From an uncultured Candidatus Micrarchaeota archaeon (GTDB taxonomy: Archaea; Micrarchaeota; Micrarchaeia; Burarchaeales; Fermentimicrarchaeaceae), in assembly GCA_963760615.1 (NCBI GenBank), contig CAVXDX010000008.1, positions 1 through 64,000 of the forward strand: a DNA stretch of 64,000 bases, given 5' to 3'. The position numbers were made by a program, and so were the translations under genes. Below the pieces are notes generated by a model. The model saw only the letters and a program-made list of their open reading frames with translations, did not search any database and was not told where the DNA came from. Below are positions 54,914-64,000 of the stretch, one piece after another (position 1 is the first letter of the stretch; each line of letters opens with the position of its first letter).

Positions 54914-55807
54914 GTGTGTGAGGTGAACGTTCTGAAGAATAAATTAGTTTTTGGCGATGCTCAGAATATGAGCGAACTAGAGGACAAAAGCATTCACTTA
55001 GTTGTCACTTCACCACCTTATTTCAACGCCCCATTTGACTACCCTGATTTATTCGAGAGCTATGAAGCTTTTCTGAAGTTGATTAGTGCGGTGGCAAAAA
55101 ATCTGAAAAGAGTTCTAGATGACGGACGCATAGCGGCATTTGTTGTTGATGATACGCTTATTGATAGTCAAAAATACCCCGTTGTTGCGGACATAACAAA
55201 AATTTTCAAGGAGGAAGGATTCAAGTACCGTGAGAGAATTGTTTGGGTGAAGCCTGTGGGGTACATACGGATAAGCAGGAGAAGCGGAGTTTTACTTCAG
55301 CATCCTTATCCTATGTATTACTACCCGGATAACCTGCAAGAATCTATTCTGATATTTCAAAATGGTGATTTTGACTACAAAAAAATCCCCAAGGGGTTCA
55401 AGGAAGAATCCAAGATTGACCTTAAAGAGTATCAGAAAGAGAAATGGTATCTGAATGTGTGGAATATCACAAATGTATTGCCAGTAAATAACCGGTTAGA
55501 GAAGGGCATAGCTGCATTTCCGGATGAGATAGCGTATAGGCTGATAAAGCTCTTTTCTTTCAAAAGTGAAACTGTTCTAGACCCTTTCATGGGTTCTGGG
55601 ACTACTCTAAAGGTTGCTCTTGAACTTGGAAGACAGGCAGTAGGTTATGAGATTGACATTGAGCTTTTAGATACAGTAAAAGAGAAGCTAGGGCTTAAAC
55701 AGGCCAAGCTTCAGAATAATTTAGATTTTGAAGTAGTAGTCAGGGGCGATGTGAAGCATCTGAGAACCAAGTTACAAGGTAAAGTACCGAAAGGGAGAGG
55801 TAAGTAA
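54914..55807 (+). CDS. Amino-DNA methyltransferase, beta class (N4mC/N6mA)
   Basis: Motif IV VTSPPY precedes motif I LDPFMGSGTT. Confidence 0.93.
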   Translation: MCEVNVLKNKLVFGDAQNMSELEDKSIHLVVTSPPYFNAPFDYPDLFESYEAFLKLISAVAKNLKRVLDDGRIAAFVVDDTLIDSQKYPVVADITKIFKEEGFKYRERIVWVKPVGYIRISRRSGVLLQHPYPMYYYPDNLQESILIFQNGDFDYKKIPKGFKEESKIDLKEYQKEKWYLNVWNITNVLPVNNRLEKGIAAFPDEIAYRLIKLFSFKSETVLDPFMGSGTTLKVALELGRQAVGYEIDIELLDTVKEKLGLKQAKLQNNLDFEVVVRGDVKHLRTKLQGKVPKGRGK

Positions 55808-56890
55808 ATGGAGATTTTTGCTGAGATAAAAAAGATGAAGTATACACCGTTATTATGTTCAAAGCTGGATACCTATGATTTTGGGCAGCTTGAAACCGCA
55901 TTAGAAAAAAGCACTAGTTTTATTTTGAGAATTGACGATAACAACAAACTTGCAGTAAGTCGATGGGTTTCTGCGAAAAGAACTAGGTCGTATCCTTATG
56001 AACGCGTCTATAATACTCTAGGTTTTACCGGTAAAAGAATTACAATAATTCCAGTAATTAAAGATGAAGGAAGAGGAGACAGGGACTTTTTACAGTGGGA
56101 TACCATCTCGCTGATGAGTCTTTTGGGAATTTATGTAATTATTGGCTATTATGTTGACGCTTCAGTTAATCCAAGAAAAGGGAATAAGATAACGGACCAA
56201 AGGTTTGACGTTGATTATATCAAAAGCGAGATACGCAGACTTCTTTCTTATTCTGATGCTTTTCACTGGAATATGGAACAGACAGAAAAGTTTCCTGAGC
56301 TTGCTAAAAAAGCATTGGCAGCTTATGAGAGGATAGGTAGTAAGCTAGGGATTAGAATGCACGCTGATGAGTCAAAAAGGATTTCTGAATTTATTGAAGC
56401 TAAAAATAATTTTATGATGAAGTCAAGAAAACGGGCTGAAGAAGCACAGAAAAGAGAGAGTGTGACAACTCAGCCTAAAGAGCATCTGGATGGGACAAAG
56501 GCTAGCATTACAATAAATAATTATCTAGGTGGTTACTACTTCTTCACCAGTGATGAAACTGAACTTACTCAAAATGAAGTTTATCTAATTGAGGGGAAAC
56601 ATACTAAAAATGGGTTGTTGCCATCCAAATTAGATATAAAAGACGGTTTGCTGAAGATGTTCTTATTCACCAATCTTGAAAATGTGAGAATAAACGGGCG
56701 TAATTATAAGCCCATTCCTGTTTTGAAACTTACTTCTAATAAATTTGATGAGTCTTTGCTGAAAGGAGAGGAGAAGCATATGTTTGAAACCCTGAAGAAA
56801 GAAGCGAAAATTAATGGATTTGAGTTGAGAATTAATAATGGGGAAGGCGGAAGTAAATCTGTTTCGGATTTAAGAAAATGGTTTAAGTGA
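55808..56890 (+). CDS. Putative type II restriction endonuclease (PD-(D/E)xK)
   Basis: Directly follows the MTase (TAAATG); SDE...LIEGKH motif; AT-rich. Confidence 0.65.
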   Translation: MEIFAEIKKMKYTPLLCSKLDTYDFGQLETALEKSTSFILRIDDNNKLAVSRWVSAKRTRSYPYERVYNTLGFTGKRITIIPVIKDEGRGDRDFLQWDTISLMSLLGIYVIIGYYVDASVNPRKGNKITDQRFDVDYIKSEIRRLLSYSDAFHWNMEQTEKFPELAKKALAAYERIGSKLGIRMHADESKRISEFIEAKNNFMMKSRKRAEEAQKRESVTTQPKEHLDGTKASITINNYLGGYYFFTSDETELTQNEVYLIEGKHTKNGLLPSKLDIKDGLLKMFLFTNLENVRINGRNYKPIPVLKLTSNKFDESLLKGEEKHMFETLKKEAKINGFELRINNGEGGSKSVSDLRKWFK

Positions 56891-57813
56891 AGCAAATGGA
56901 AGAATTTAAGGTGCTTAAGGCATTATTGCCGGAAAATGGTAAAGATTTTCCAATTGGCAAAGGAGTCAATTGTATTTGCGGTAAGACTTTTGCTAGAACG
57001 GGTATTTGGTGGAAGGCAATTCTGCTTGTAAAGACAAAGTTTGGTAATGTAGAAAAATACCAGCTAAGACTTTATGGCTGGAGGAAGAATAAGGAAGGAG
57101 TCTATAAGAATAGGCAAAAATTTAATTTATCTGCTTCTAGGTATGTTAGTGATTTAATTGCAAGTTTACATACATTTATAGCAGAGTCAGGCAGAGAAGA
57201 TATTCTAGAAGAAATTGATGAACATATCAACTCACGTTTTGACCAAATAGAAAGAGAACAAAGACGCTTACAGAGACAGAGGGGCAAAGTTCCTGAGCTA
57301 GAAAAAAGTTTGAAAGAATTTGAAAAATTATTGAAAAAAGATAAAGTTACAGAGCCAGAGGTACATAAGTTCTTAAAAAAGAATACGTGGATGTTTGGTA
57401 CTAACTATAGCAAGATGTTCAAAAGTGAAAAAGTAATAACAATATGCAGCAGAAATGACTTTTTATTGAAGAGATTTGATGGATATTTTGATATTCTAGA
57501 GTTGAAGTCACCGAGATTTGAATTATTTGTAAGTGTAGGCAAAAAGAAAGCCCTTAGCAAAGAGTTAAAGGATTCTATATCACAGGTTATGGTTTATCTT
57601 GCAGAGGCTAGAACACATTATTTACCTATAAAAGACAAAGCAGAAGTAGATGTATTCCTTCCTGAAGGAATAATTGTTATTGGGCGCAGAAATGATGAGG
57701 ATAGAATTTTATTAAAAATCCATAACGAGTTTCTTAATAAAATCAAAATTTGGACTTATGACGATTTGCTGGATACTGCTAAAAAGACAATTGAGACTTA
57801 TAGAGGCAAATAG
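56887..57813 (+). CDS. sduA: Shedu (SduA/DUF4263) anti-phage nuclease with a novel N-terminal domain
   Basis: EPEVHKFLKKNTWMFG...DFLL...ILELKSP...SISQV..Y...GIIVIGR...IWTYDDLL. Confidence 0.82.
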   Translation: MKQMEEFKVLKALLPENGKDFPIGKGVNCICGKTFARTGIWWKAILLVKTKFGNVEKYQLRLYGWRKNKEGVYKNRQKFNLSASRYVSDLIASLHTFIAESGREDILEEIDEHINSRFDQIEREQRRLQRQRGKVPELEKSLKEFEKLLKKDKVTEPEVHKFLKKNTWMFGTNYSKMFKSEKVITICSRNDFLLKRFDGYFDILELKSPRFELFVSVGKKKALSKELKDSISQVMVYLAEARTHYLPIKDKAEVDVFLPEGIIVIGRRNDEDRILLKIHNEFLNKIKIWTYDDLLDTAKKTIETYRGK

Positions 57814-57831
57814 GGTATAATATATCATTCT

Positions 57832-58020
57832 GAAAACGCTGTAAACGCTTCTCCTTCCGGCGTAGCCAGTCTGCTCCTGCAATTCTGAGAAAAAAAGCAG
57901 GAAAATGCAGGTTCTGAACCGGTTTAGCCCGGCTTCTCAGGAGTGCTGAGGCACTTCTGCCTGAGCAGAAGAGCCGGATTAAGCGTTTACCTCGGAGGAA
58001 TTTCAAAGTGAAAACGCTTC
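57832..58020. promoter_or_regulatory. Putative replication/transfer origin upstream of cdc6, with AAACGCT iterons
   Basis: GAAAACGCT 57832, AAACGCTT 57843, inverted AAGCGTTT 57981, GAAAACGCTT 58010. Function inferred from position. Confidence 0.4.
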
Positions 58021-58070
58021 CCGCATGCTTCCGTCGTGCTGCTCTGGAAAAAGCCGAGCTTTTTCACTGA

Positions 58071-58142
58071 TTAGTTTACAAATTATACGAACTTAATCGT
58101 GAAGAAATTGAACTTGTTGAAAACTTTGGAAAAAGCATATGA
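58071..58142 (+). pseudogene. C-terminal relic of a type IIG/Eco57I-like restriction-modification protein
   Basis: LVYKLYELNREEIELVE matches the typical VYxLYxLxxEEIxxVE C-terminus. Confidence 0.55.
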
Positions 58143-58237
58143 TGTCAGAGCTCACACAGTTCATTTCCGCAGAAATTAGCAGTTTCTGACCGTTAATCTT
58201 ATAATTGCTTGTTGTTATATTATTCGTGGTGAGTTGA

Positions 58238-59365
58238 GTGGGAGGCCTGTTTGATCGCGGTCGTTCGGCAAGCGAGTCGAGCATCATTACAAGGGAGGAA
58301 GTGTTAATGCCGGAGTACTTTCCCTCCGAGCTGCTGCACCGCGAGGCTGAAATGCAGGAAATCGCAGAAGCGGTAAAGCCCTTGATTGAAGGGCGGCACG
58401 CGGACAACTTGTTCGTTCACGGCGACAGCGGAACCGGAAAGACGACTTGCGTGAAGCACGTTTTGAATGAATTGGAGGAACACACTTCCAGGGTAAAGAC
58501 TGTTTACGCCAACTGCTGGGAGTACTCGACAAGAATGGCGGTTTATTCTCTAATCGTGCACGCATTAAAGGAAATACTGCCTCGCAGGGGTTTGGCAACG
58601 GACGAAGTTTTTGACCGGATTCAGGAGGTAATGCAGAAAGGCGGAGTACGCATCCTCATAGTCTTGGACGAGTTGGACGGCTTGTTTTTCCACAACGAGG
58701 AAAAGCTGCTTTACGAGTTATCGAGGGCGGGCGGAGGAAAGCCTTTCTTTGGGATTATTGGAATTTCCAACAACCCTTACTTGCTGGTCAACAAGGACGT
58801 GCGAATCAAAAGCTCGCTCCACCTTACCGAACTCGAATTCAAGCACTACAACCGCGAGCAAATGGTCTCAATCGTGGCAGAGCGCGCCAAAGCGGGCCTT
58901 TTGCCCGGCTCGTGGGGTAAAGAAGTGATTGAAGCTTGTGCCGTAAAGGCCGTTGCGCGAAAGAGCAACGTTCGCGTCGGTCTGGAACTCCTATGGAAAG
59001 CCGCAAAGCGTGCCGACAAGCAGGATAGGAAAGCCATTTCGGTTGAAGATGTGGAGACGGTGGACGGAAAGAGCCCATACGAATCGAAAGCCAAGCCAGT
59101 GGAAGAGTGCAGTTTCGAAATCCGCTCAAAAAGCCTGAGCGAGGAGGAAAAGCTGATTCTCGAGATCCTGAAAGGCGGGGAAAAACAGTCTTCCGAGCTT
59201 TACCTGGCGTTCTGCAAGAAGCTGACCCGCACCAAGAGGCAGATCAGGAACTACCTCAAGGCTCTGGAAGCCAAGAAACTGATAATTATCGAGGAAGTGG
59301 AGGGAAGCAATCCGATGCTCAAAACGAAGAAGATTCGGTTGAGTTGGGAAGGGGTGAAAAAATGA
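58238..59365 (+). CDS. cdc6: Orc1/Cdc6 replication initiator
   Basis: PEYFPSELLHRE, Walker A GDSGTGKT, Walker B VLDELD, C-terminal wHTH. Confidence 0.92.
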   Translation: MGGLFDRGRSASESSIITREEVLMPEYFPSELLHREAEMQEIAEAVKPLIEGRHADNLFVHGDSGTGKTTCVKHVLNELEEHTSRVKTVYANCWEYSTRMAVYSLIVHALKEILPRRGLATDEVFDRIQEVMQKGGVRILIVLDELDGLFFHNEEKLLYELSRAGGGKPFFGIIGISNNPYLLVNKDVRIKSSLHLTELEFKHYNREQMVSIVAERAKAGLLPGSWGKEVIEACAVKAVARKSNVRVGLELLWKAAKRADKQDRKAISVEDVETVDGKSPYESKAKPVEECSFEIRSKSLSEEEKLILEILKGGEKQSSELYLAFCKKLTRTKRQIRNYLKALEAKKLIIIEEVEGSNPMLKTKKIRLSWEGVKK

Positions 59366-59541
59366 AAGGTGAAAAGATGCTATCAAGAAACAGCGTACGC
59401 GTGTTCCTCAAGCAGAACGGCAAGAGGATCGCAAGCGACACTTTTGCGCAGCTCGACCAGGAAGTCAAAGAAATGTTGCTGAAAGCCGTTAAAAGATCCG
59501 GGGCAAACCACCGCTCTACAGTGATGCCGCAGGACCTGTGA
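59362..59541 (+). CDS. Histone-fold protein (59 aa)
   Basis: VRVFLKQNGKRIASDTFAQLDQEVKEMLLKAVKRSGANHRSTVMPQDL; the R.TV...D histone-fold terminus; ATGA-coupled to cdc6. Confidence 0.8.
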   Translation: MKGEKMLSRNSVRVFLKQNGKRIASDTFAQLDQEVKEMLLKAVKRSGANHRSTVMPQDL

Positions 59542-59687
59542 GCCAATTCCAATTGTTTTCTAACTGTGGGCAACCAGAACGCCGATTTTTGCTTTTCTGC
59601 CTTGTTTTTTGACAATTGCGATTCCCAATTGTTTCAATGTTCCAGGTCTCAGAACCCTGTTTTTCGCTAGAATAACTCCACAATTAA

Positions 59688-62105
59688 TTATGTGAACAAC
59701 TCTCTTACTTTCTCTCTTATCTGAGAGCGAATTATTACCTTGCCGTATTTCTCGAACTCCTTTTTTACGTCCCGCTTGGTTACCAGGATGTAGTAGTCAT
59801 CGTATTCCTGGGAGATCTTCTCGTACTTCAACTTGGTGGCTTTCTGATTGGTTTCGTCCATTGAGCCAGTTTCAACTTCAAAACAAATCTTTTTGTCGTC
59901 TTTGATTATTACGATGTCCGGTTTTACCGTGGTGTAGAGGAAAACATGCTCGGTGTATTTGTGTATCTCAGTTTCCAGTATCCTGCAGAAAAAGAAGTGA
60001 ACAGGACTTTCGTTGAATCTGGGTTTGACGTAATAAGTGAAGCCTTTTCCTGCTCCAAACGGGTTCGTGTTTATTTCCGTGTATTCTTCATTTTCCAGTA
60101 ATTTGCATTGATCCGGAGTTAGCGAGCTTTTTAGGTAGAAACCCTCGTAAATGTCGAATATTTTCTGTTCCTTCTTTTCCTTTGGCTTCTTGTCTTCGGC
60201 TTTCTTCAGCTCAATCACTTCCTCTGGATCGGTCGTGATCATTTCGTGTATTTTCGGCGATGGCTTGGCAAAGAACTTGCAGCGGTCTTCTTCTGTTATC
60301 AGCAAACCGTGTCCTTTGCCGCATTTTATGAGGAAATCCTTCTCGTTTTGGTTGAGTTTCAGGACCTTGCTTATCAAGTCGATGTTGGAAGTATTCTGCT
60401 TCATGAGTATTTTTACCGAGGCTTGGTTGAGGATTAACCGGCCGCCATCGCTGTTCAACAAGTCCTCTATTTCCTGGGTTATGAAGCCTACCGAGGTCCC
60501 GAACTTTCTTGAGGTTTTAATGAAGTTCAAGAGGTATTCTTCTGCCTCCTTGCTGCGGAGTAGCGTCCAGCCTTCATCAATAAGAAGGACCTTGGAGGAT
60601 GTGTCTTTTTCGATCTCTCGTTTTATGAAGTCCAGCACTATGAACATCATCAGCGGCTTTACCGCTGCCGGGAGCTTACTTAAGTCGAAGTTCAGGAATT
60701 TGTTTCGCAAGTCTATTTCTGTCGCCCTGTCCATGAAGCCGAAGAAGCCGTTTCTGCAATACATTCCAATGCGGTTGAGCAGCACCTGCAGGCTCTTCGT
60801 GTCCGGGGAAACGCGGCGTCTGTCTCGTTTTTCGCACTCCTTGAGCTCAAGCTCGAGAACCTTGTATAAATCCGAAAATACGGGCGGTTCCTTGCCCCAG
60901 GTTTGCGGCTCGTTCTTGAATATTCCTTTTTGCTCGTAAACCAATTGCAGAACCCGGTTTAGAACTCCTTTCTGGCTTTCTGTAAGCCCCCCAACAATGA
61001 TATCAAAGGTTGGAATTAAAATCAGCATTTTGCTGCCGAAGTCCGTTCCGGTCAAGTCAAATACGTTAATCATTGACTTTGAAGTTCTGGAGAGCTCTAT
61101 GTTTTCCCCGCCGAACCTTTCGCAGATCTGCTTGTACTCTGCATTGGGGTCTAGAATGAATACTTGCGAGGCTTCGGCAAACAGTATTTGCAGCATCAAA
61201 TACTTTGCAGTATAGCTCTTTCCGGAGCCGGAAATTCCCAGGATAAAGAAGTGCTTATTCGACATCTTCGAGAAGTTGATGAAAATCGGATTGCTGGTTT
61301 CCTCCTCATGGGCAAACAGGATTCCTTTCTTGTCGGAGCTTGAAGAAGAAATAAAGGGAAAAGTCGCAGCTAGTGAATTGGTTGGAAATTCTTGCTGGGC
61401 GGATAACTCGTCCAGGCCTAGCGGCAAGCAGGACCGCACTCCCTCGTAAAACCTGAAGTTCGTTGTTTTTGGAATGATTAGGAGCGCGTTGAGATTCGAC
61501 TTGCATTTCTCGGTTAGCATATCAAGTTTCTCGAGCGTTGCTTCCTTGTTGTCTATGTAAAGAGAGACCCTGAATAGTTTTTCTTCCCCTTTGTAGAGCG
61601 AATCGTAAATTCGCCTGGTGTCTGCGAGTTTTATCTCTAGGGATGGATTTGGCGTCCCTTTTGCGGTGCTTGAAATCAGGTCGGTGGTTTGCTTGATTAT
61701 TTGGTTGTGGAGAAAGGCGAGCGTCTCTTCGATTGGAGAGGGTTGGATGTGGATGGAGACGTCATAATCCTCGTTTTTATCCAGGAACGCCTGAAGCCAG
61801 CCGTCATCAACCTTCCTGGGATAGCCTACTGCTTGAACGACTCGATGGTAGGTTTCGTTTATCCTGGCGTAGCCCGGCTTTATTTCCAGGTAAGATGGGG
61901 TGATTAGATAGGAGAACATTTCTTCGGGAGGTATGACCCTCGGTCTTTTCTTTGGCCAGAATTGAGGAAACAACCGCCAGGTTTTTCTTGGTTTGTCCTT
62001 GTTGAGCTTCTGCGCTACCAGGTGTTCTACTTCTTCTGGGGTAAGCAGCCGGGGCTGTTTATGCTCTATTATCGTTTCTTCTTCTATTTCAGGCATTTTT
62101 ACCAC
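59688..62105 (-). CDS. virB4: VirB4/TraC-like conjugative ATPase with a C-terminal PD-(D/E)xK-like extension
   Basis: YPRKV..GWL; Walker A GISGSGKS; Walker B LIDEGW; RKFG..V...TQ; C-terminal KPDIV...ICFEVETGS. Confidence 0.88.
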   Translation of the reverse strand: MVKMPEIEEETIIEHKQPRLLTPEEVEHLVAQKLNKDKPRKTWRLFPQFWPKKRPRVIPPEEMFSYLITPSYLEIKPGYARINETYHRVVQAVGYPRKVDDGWLQAFLDKNEDYDVSIHIQPSPIEETLAFLHNQIIKQTTDLISSTAKGTPNPSLEIKLADTRRIYDSLYKGEEKLFRVSLYIDNKEATLEKLDMLTEKCKSNLNALLIIPKTTNFRFYEGVRSCLPLGLDELSAQQEFPTNSLAATFPFISSSSSDKKGILFAHEEETSNPIFINFSKMSNKHFFILGISGSGKSYTAKYLMLQILFAEASQVFILDPNAEYKQICERFGGENIELSRTSKSMINVFDLTGTDFGSKMLILIPTFDIIVGGLTESQKGVLNRVLQLVYEQKGIFKNEPQTWGKEPPVFSDLYKVLELELKECEKRDRRRVSPDTKSLQVLLNRIGMYCRNGFFGFMDRATEIDLRNKFLNFDLSKLPAAVKPLMMFIVLDFIKREIEKDTSSKVLLIDEGWTLLRSKEAEEYLLNFIKTSRKFGTSVGFITQEIEDLLNSDGGRLILNQASVKILMKQNTSNIDLISKVLKLNQNEKDFLIKCGKGHGLLITEEDRCKFFAKPSPKIHEMITTDPEEVIELKKAEDKKPKEKKEQKIFDIYEGFYLKSSLTPDQCKLLENEEYTEINTNPFGAGKGFTYYVKPRFNESPVHFFFCRILETEIHKYTEHVFLYTTVKPDIVIIKDDKKICFEVETGSMDETNQKATKLKYEKISQEYDDYYILVTKRDVKKEFEKYGKVIIRSQIREKVRELFT

Positions 62106-62970
62106 GCTCCTTGAAGAAAGACTGGCACACGCTAACGCGCCAGAGGTAATCCTCGTTTACTTCGACGTAGCCCTCAAAGTAGGACATCACCAACGAAACG
62201 AGCTGGTTGGTGTTCAAGCGGTAACTAGTCAGGCCGCAGTTGCCGAGCTTTGCCTGGACTATCCCGACCCGCTCTTCGAGTTTTTTGAGCTGCCTTTCCT
62301 TGTGGGTTATTCTTGCGCTTAGGGTATTGTTTTCAAAGGGGCTTAGCGGGACTACAACATAGTAGAGCCGTTCTTTTACGAAGTGCTCTTTCAGGAACTT
62401 TTCCTCGTATATCCTGAAGTCGTTGTAGAGACTGATCAGGTTCTCGTCCTTGGTTTCCAGTATCTTGACCTCGTGATCGCTGAAATAATCCGCCAAGCTG
62501 ACGTTAACGGTTCTGACGACTATCTGTACGGGCTGCGAGAGCTGGTTAAGGAAATCCCGGTAATTCAGGATTATTGATTTCTGCCTGCCTTCATCAAGTA
62601 GTTCAAAGTTAACCGGTTTTACGAGGAGTACCGCCCTCAGTTCGCCGTTTTCTAAATAGATCGTGTCGTTTTCTATTCTCTTTACGCCAACAAAAGCTCG
62701 GACTTTCCTGTCCAGGGCGCCGCCAATCCTGACGTTGCGCAAGTAGGAAAACCGCTCTAGGGCAATTCGTTCAAAACCGAGGAAAACAAACCCGAGTCCC
62801 AATAGAATGGCAAAGGTCGGCAGGATTAGTTTTTCTTCGTTTCGGAGCGGCAGGTTGTACGAAAGCCCGGCCAGCAAAGCGAACGCTATGAAGTAACCCA
62901 GTTGCCTCATGTCCAGATTTAGGAAGATTTTTTCCCGGTATCTGACTTTGTCCGGAATTTCGTAGCCCAT
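62089..62970 (-). CDS. PrgI/VirB3-like membrane protein with a TraE-N-like soluble domain
   Basis: True start MGYEIPDKVRYREKIFLNLDMRQLGYF at 62970 (TAATG overlap), two TMs, KPVNF.L. Confidence 0.78.
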   Translation of the reverse strand: MGYEIPDKVRYREKIFLNLDMRQLGYFIAFALLAGLSYNLPLRNEEKLILPTFAILLGLGFVFLGFERIALERFSYLRNVRIGGALDRKVRAFVGVKRIENDTIYLENGELRAVLLVKPVNFELLDEGRQKSIILNYRDFLNQLSQPVQIVVRTVNVSLADYFSDHEVKILETKDENLISLYNDFRIYEEKFLKEHFVKERLYYVVVPLSPFENNTLSARITHKERQLKKLEERVGIVQAKLGNCGLTSYRLNTNQLVSLVMSYFEGYVEVNEDYLWRVSVCQSFFKERGKNA

Positions 62971-63920
62971 TAGAGAATCGCCTTCCCGATAATGCCAGCA
63001 ATAAGGTACCTTACGGGCCCAAGCGACTTGGTAGCCGCGCCAATGAGCGAGAACAAGGAAGATAGGAAGAGGAAGAAGTTTAGTATTCCAATCAGCGAAA
63101 AGCCGAGTATGATGGCCGTCGCCCTGATGAAACCGCTCGCGAGATTCGGATCTGGAGTGCTGAACAGAAGCGAGAGGGCCATTATCAGCAATGCGTCGAA
63201 TGCAGTCATGAAAACTACTGAGACGATGAGTTTCAGGAAGGTCAACCCCCACTCCTTGGTAAACGGAATAAAGTAGAGAAAAATGGAGATTGGAAATAGC
63301 AGGAGCAGGAACGGAATCAGCAAATATCGGGCTAGCAGCGTCAGGAAAGCCAGCAACAGCACGAAAGTGGCGGTTGACAGAATAATAAAGGCAAAGGCGA
63401 GGGAAGCGAATGCGGTTGCGGGGTTGAAAACGTCCCGGGTTGCATATGAGAGGAAGGAGGTAGTCAAGTAGGAGTTGACCGAGACCATTACCTCGAATAT
63501 TTGGAAGGAGAAGGATAGCGCCAGAATCATTAGGAAGATGTTTTTCAGCCATTCCTTGGCGGCAAGTCGGCCTTCCACATCGGTTGACCGGAATATGTAG
63601 AATAATCCCAAGCCCATGAACGCCAAAGTGTAAAGCGATTCTATTATTGACATCACGTTGTTGTACGGAGTGCAGAACCAATGCAAGTCCGGAGTGGCGG
63701 CTATAAAATTGAAAGACGCGGAAAGAAACTGGTCTATTGCATAAGCAAAGCCTGAAGTGAACGTTCCTATGAACGATTCGGTAATGCAGCCGGGCAGATT
63801 CGTCAAAGTTGCCAAGAGGTCGTTGCTTCCGGTGCAGCTGCTGTTTCCGATAGTGAAGTTAGACGCGTAAGAAAAGCCACTAAACAAAACAAACAAAAAG
63901 AGCAGTGTTGCGGCCCTCAT
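62970..63920 (-). CDS. VirB6/TrbL-like polytopic membrane protein
   Basis: Signal peptide, about 6 TMs, LLLFPISIFLYFIPFTKEWG; position in the virB6-prgI-virB4 order. Confidence 0.7.
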   Translation of the reverse strand: MRAATLLFLFVLFSGFSYASNFTIGNSSCTGSNDLLATLTNLPGCITESFIGTFTSGFAYAIDQFLSASFNFIAATPDLHWFCTPYNNVMSIIESLYTLAFMGLGLFYIFRSTDVEGRLAAKEWLKNIFLMILALSFSFQIFEVMVSVNSYLTTSFLSYATRDVFNPATAFASLAFAFIILSTATFVLLLAFLTLLARYLLIPFLLLLFPISIFLYFIPFTKEWGLTFLKLIVSVVFMTAFDALLIMALSLLFSTPDPNLASGFIRATAIILGFSLIGILNFFLFLSSLFSLIGAATKSLGPVRYLIAGIIGKAIL

Positions 63921-64000
63921 TTGAAAGCACCCCTAACCCATTTATAAAACAGAAAGGCCGAAATGAGCAAGCCGACAATAAAGAGGATCAAATCCAGACC
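63917..64000 (-). CDS. Partial C-terminus of a hydrophobic (pilin-like?) protein cut by the window edge
   Basis: ...GLDLILFIVGLLISAFLFYKWVRGAFK*, ATGA-coupled to the VirB6-like gene. Confidence 0.5.
   Translation of the reverse strand, partial: GLDLILFIVGLLISAFLFYKWVRGAFK

Noticed and set aside
62089-63681. 530-aa ORF as a single protein
   Set aside because: Its upstream part overlaps the VirB6-like gene in another frame. The real start is ATG 62970 (TAATG coupling).
1-64000. CRISPR array, cas genes or rRNA
   Set aside because: No regularly spaced repeat-spacer pattern or rRNA signature was seen. The att-like repeats are kilobases apart, and the 114-bp units lack unique spacers.

Overview
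The window has two parts of different apparent origin. Bases ~1-5190 look bacterial: lipobox lipoproteins, NfeD, a decayed integrase and an ORF-less 623-nt group II intron. From ~5194 onward the sequence is archaeal and probably DPANN/Micrarchaeota-like (inferred from gene content). The archaeal core carries tRNA-Gln(CTG), cutA, a beta-CASP nuclease, ribK, TRAM, rps8e, cgi121, an XPF nuclease, a PIN-like/HTH pair and smc with unusual tandem winged-helix neighbours, followed by a Tad/type IV pilus locus with large pilin/adhesin genes. From 33314 to 49876 lies a composite island punctuated by four related att-like direct repeats. It holds an IS1341-type tnpB element, csp, a frameshifted Na/Ca antiporter, an APC permease, an iron/Fe-S cluster (DtxR-FeoA, FeoB, EncFtn-like, NifB/NifX, MinD-ferredoxin, Mrp), pdaD, an AbiE toxin-antitoxin pair and an intact tyrosine integrase. 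The right end is a defence island (SEC-C/DUF559 nuclease, glycine-zipper peptide, beta-CASP, MTase, REase, Shedu) joined to a conjugative-type module: Cdc6, a histone-fold protein, VirB4 with a C-terminal PD-(D/E)xK-like domain, and PrgI-like and VirB6-like genes. A 313-bp non-autonomous IS605-type element that keeps only its ends and the omega-RNA region sits upstream of ribK. No CRISPR array or rRNA was seen. All family calls come from motif recognition by eye; no database searches were run.
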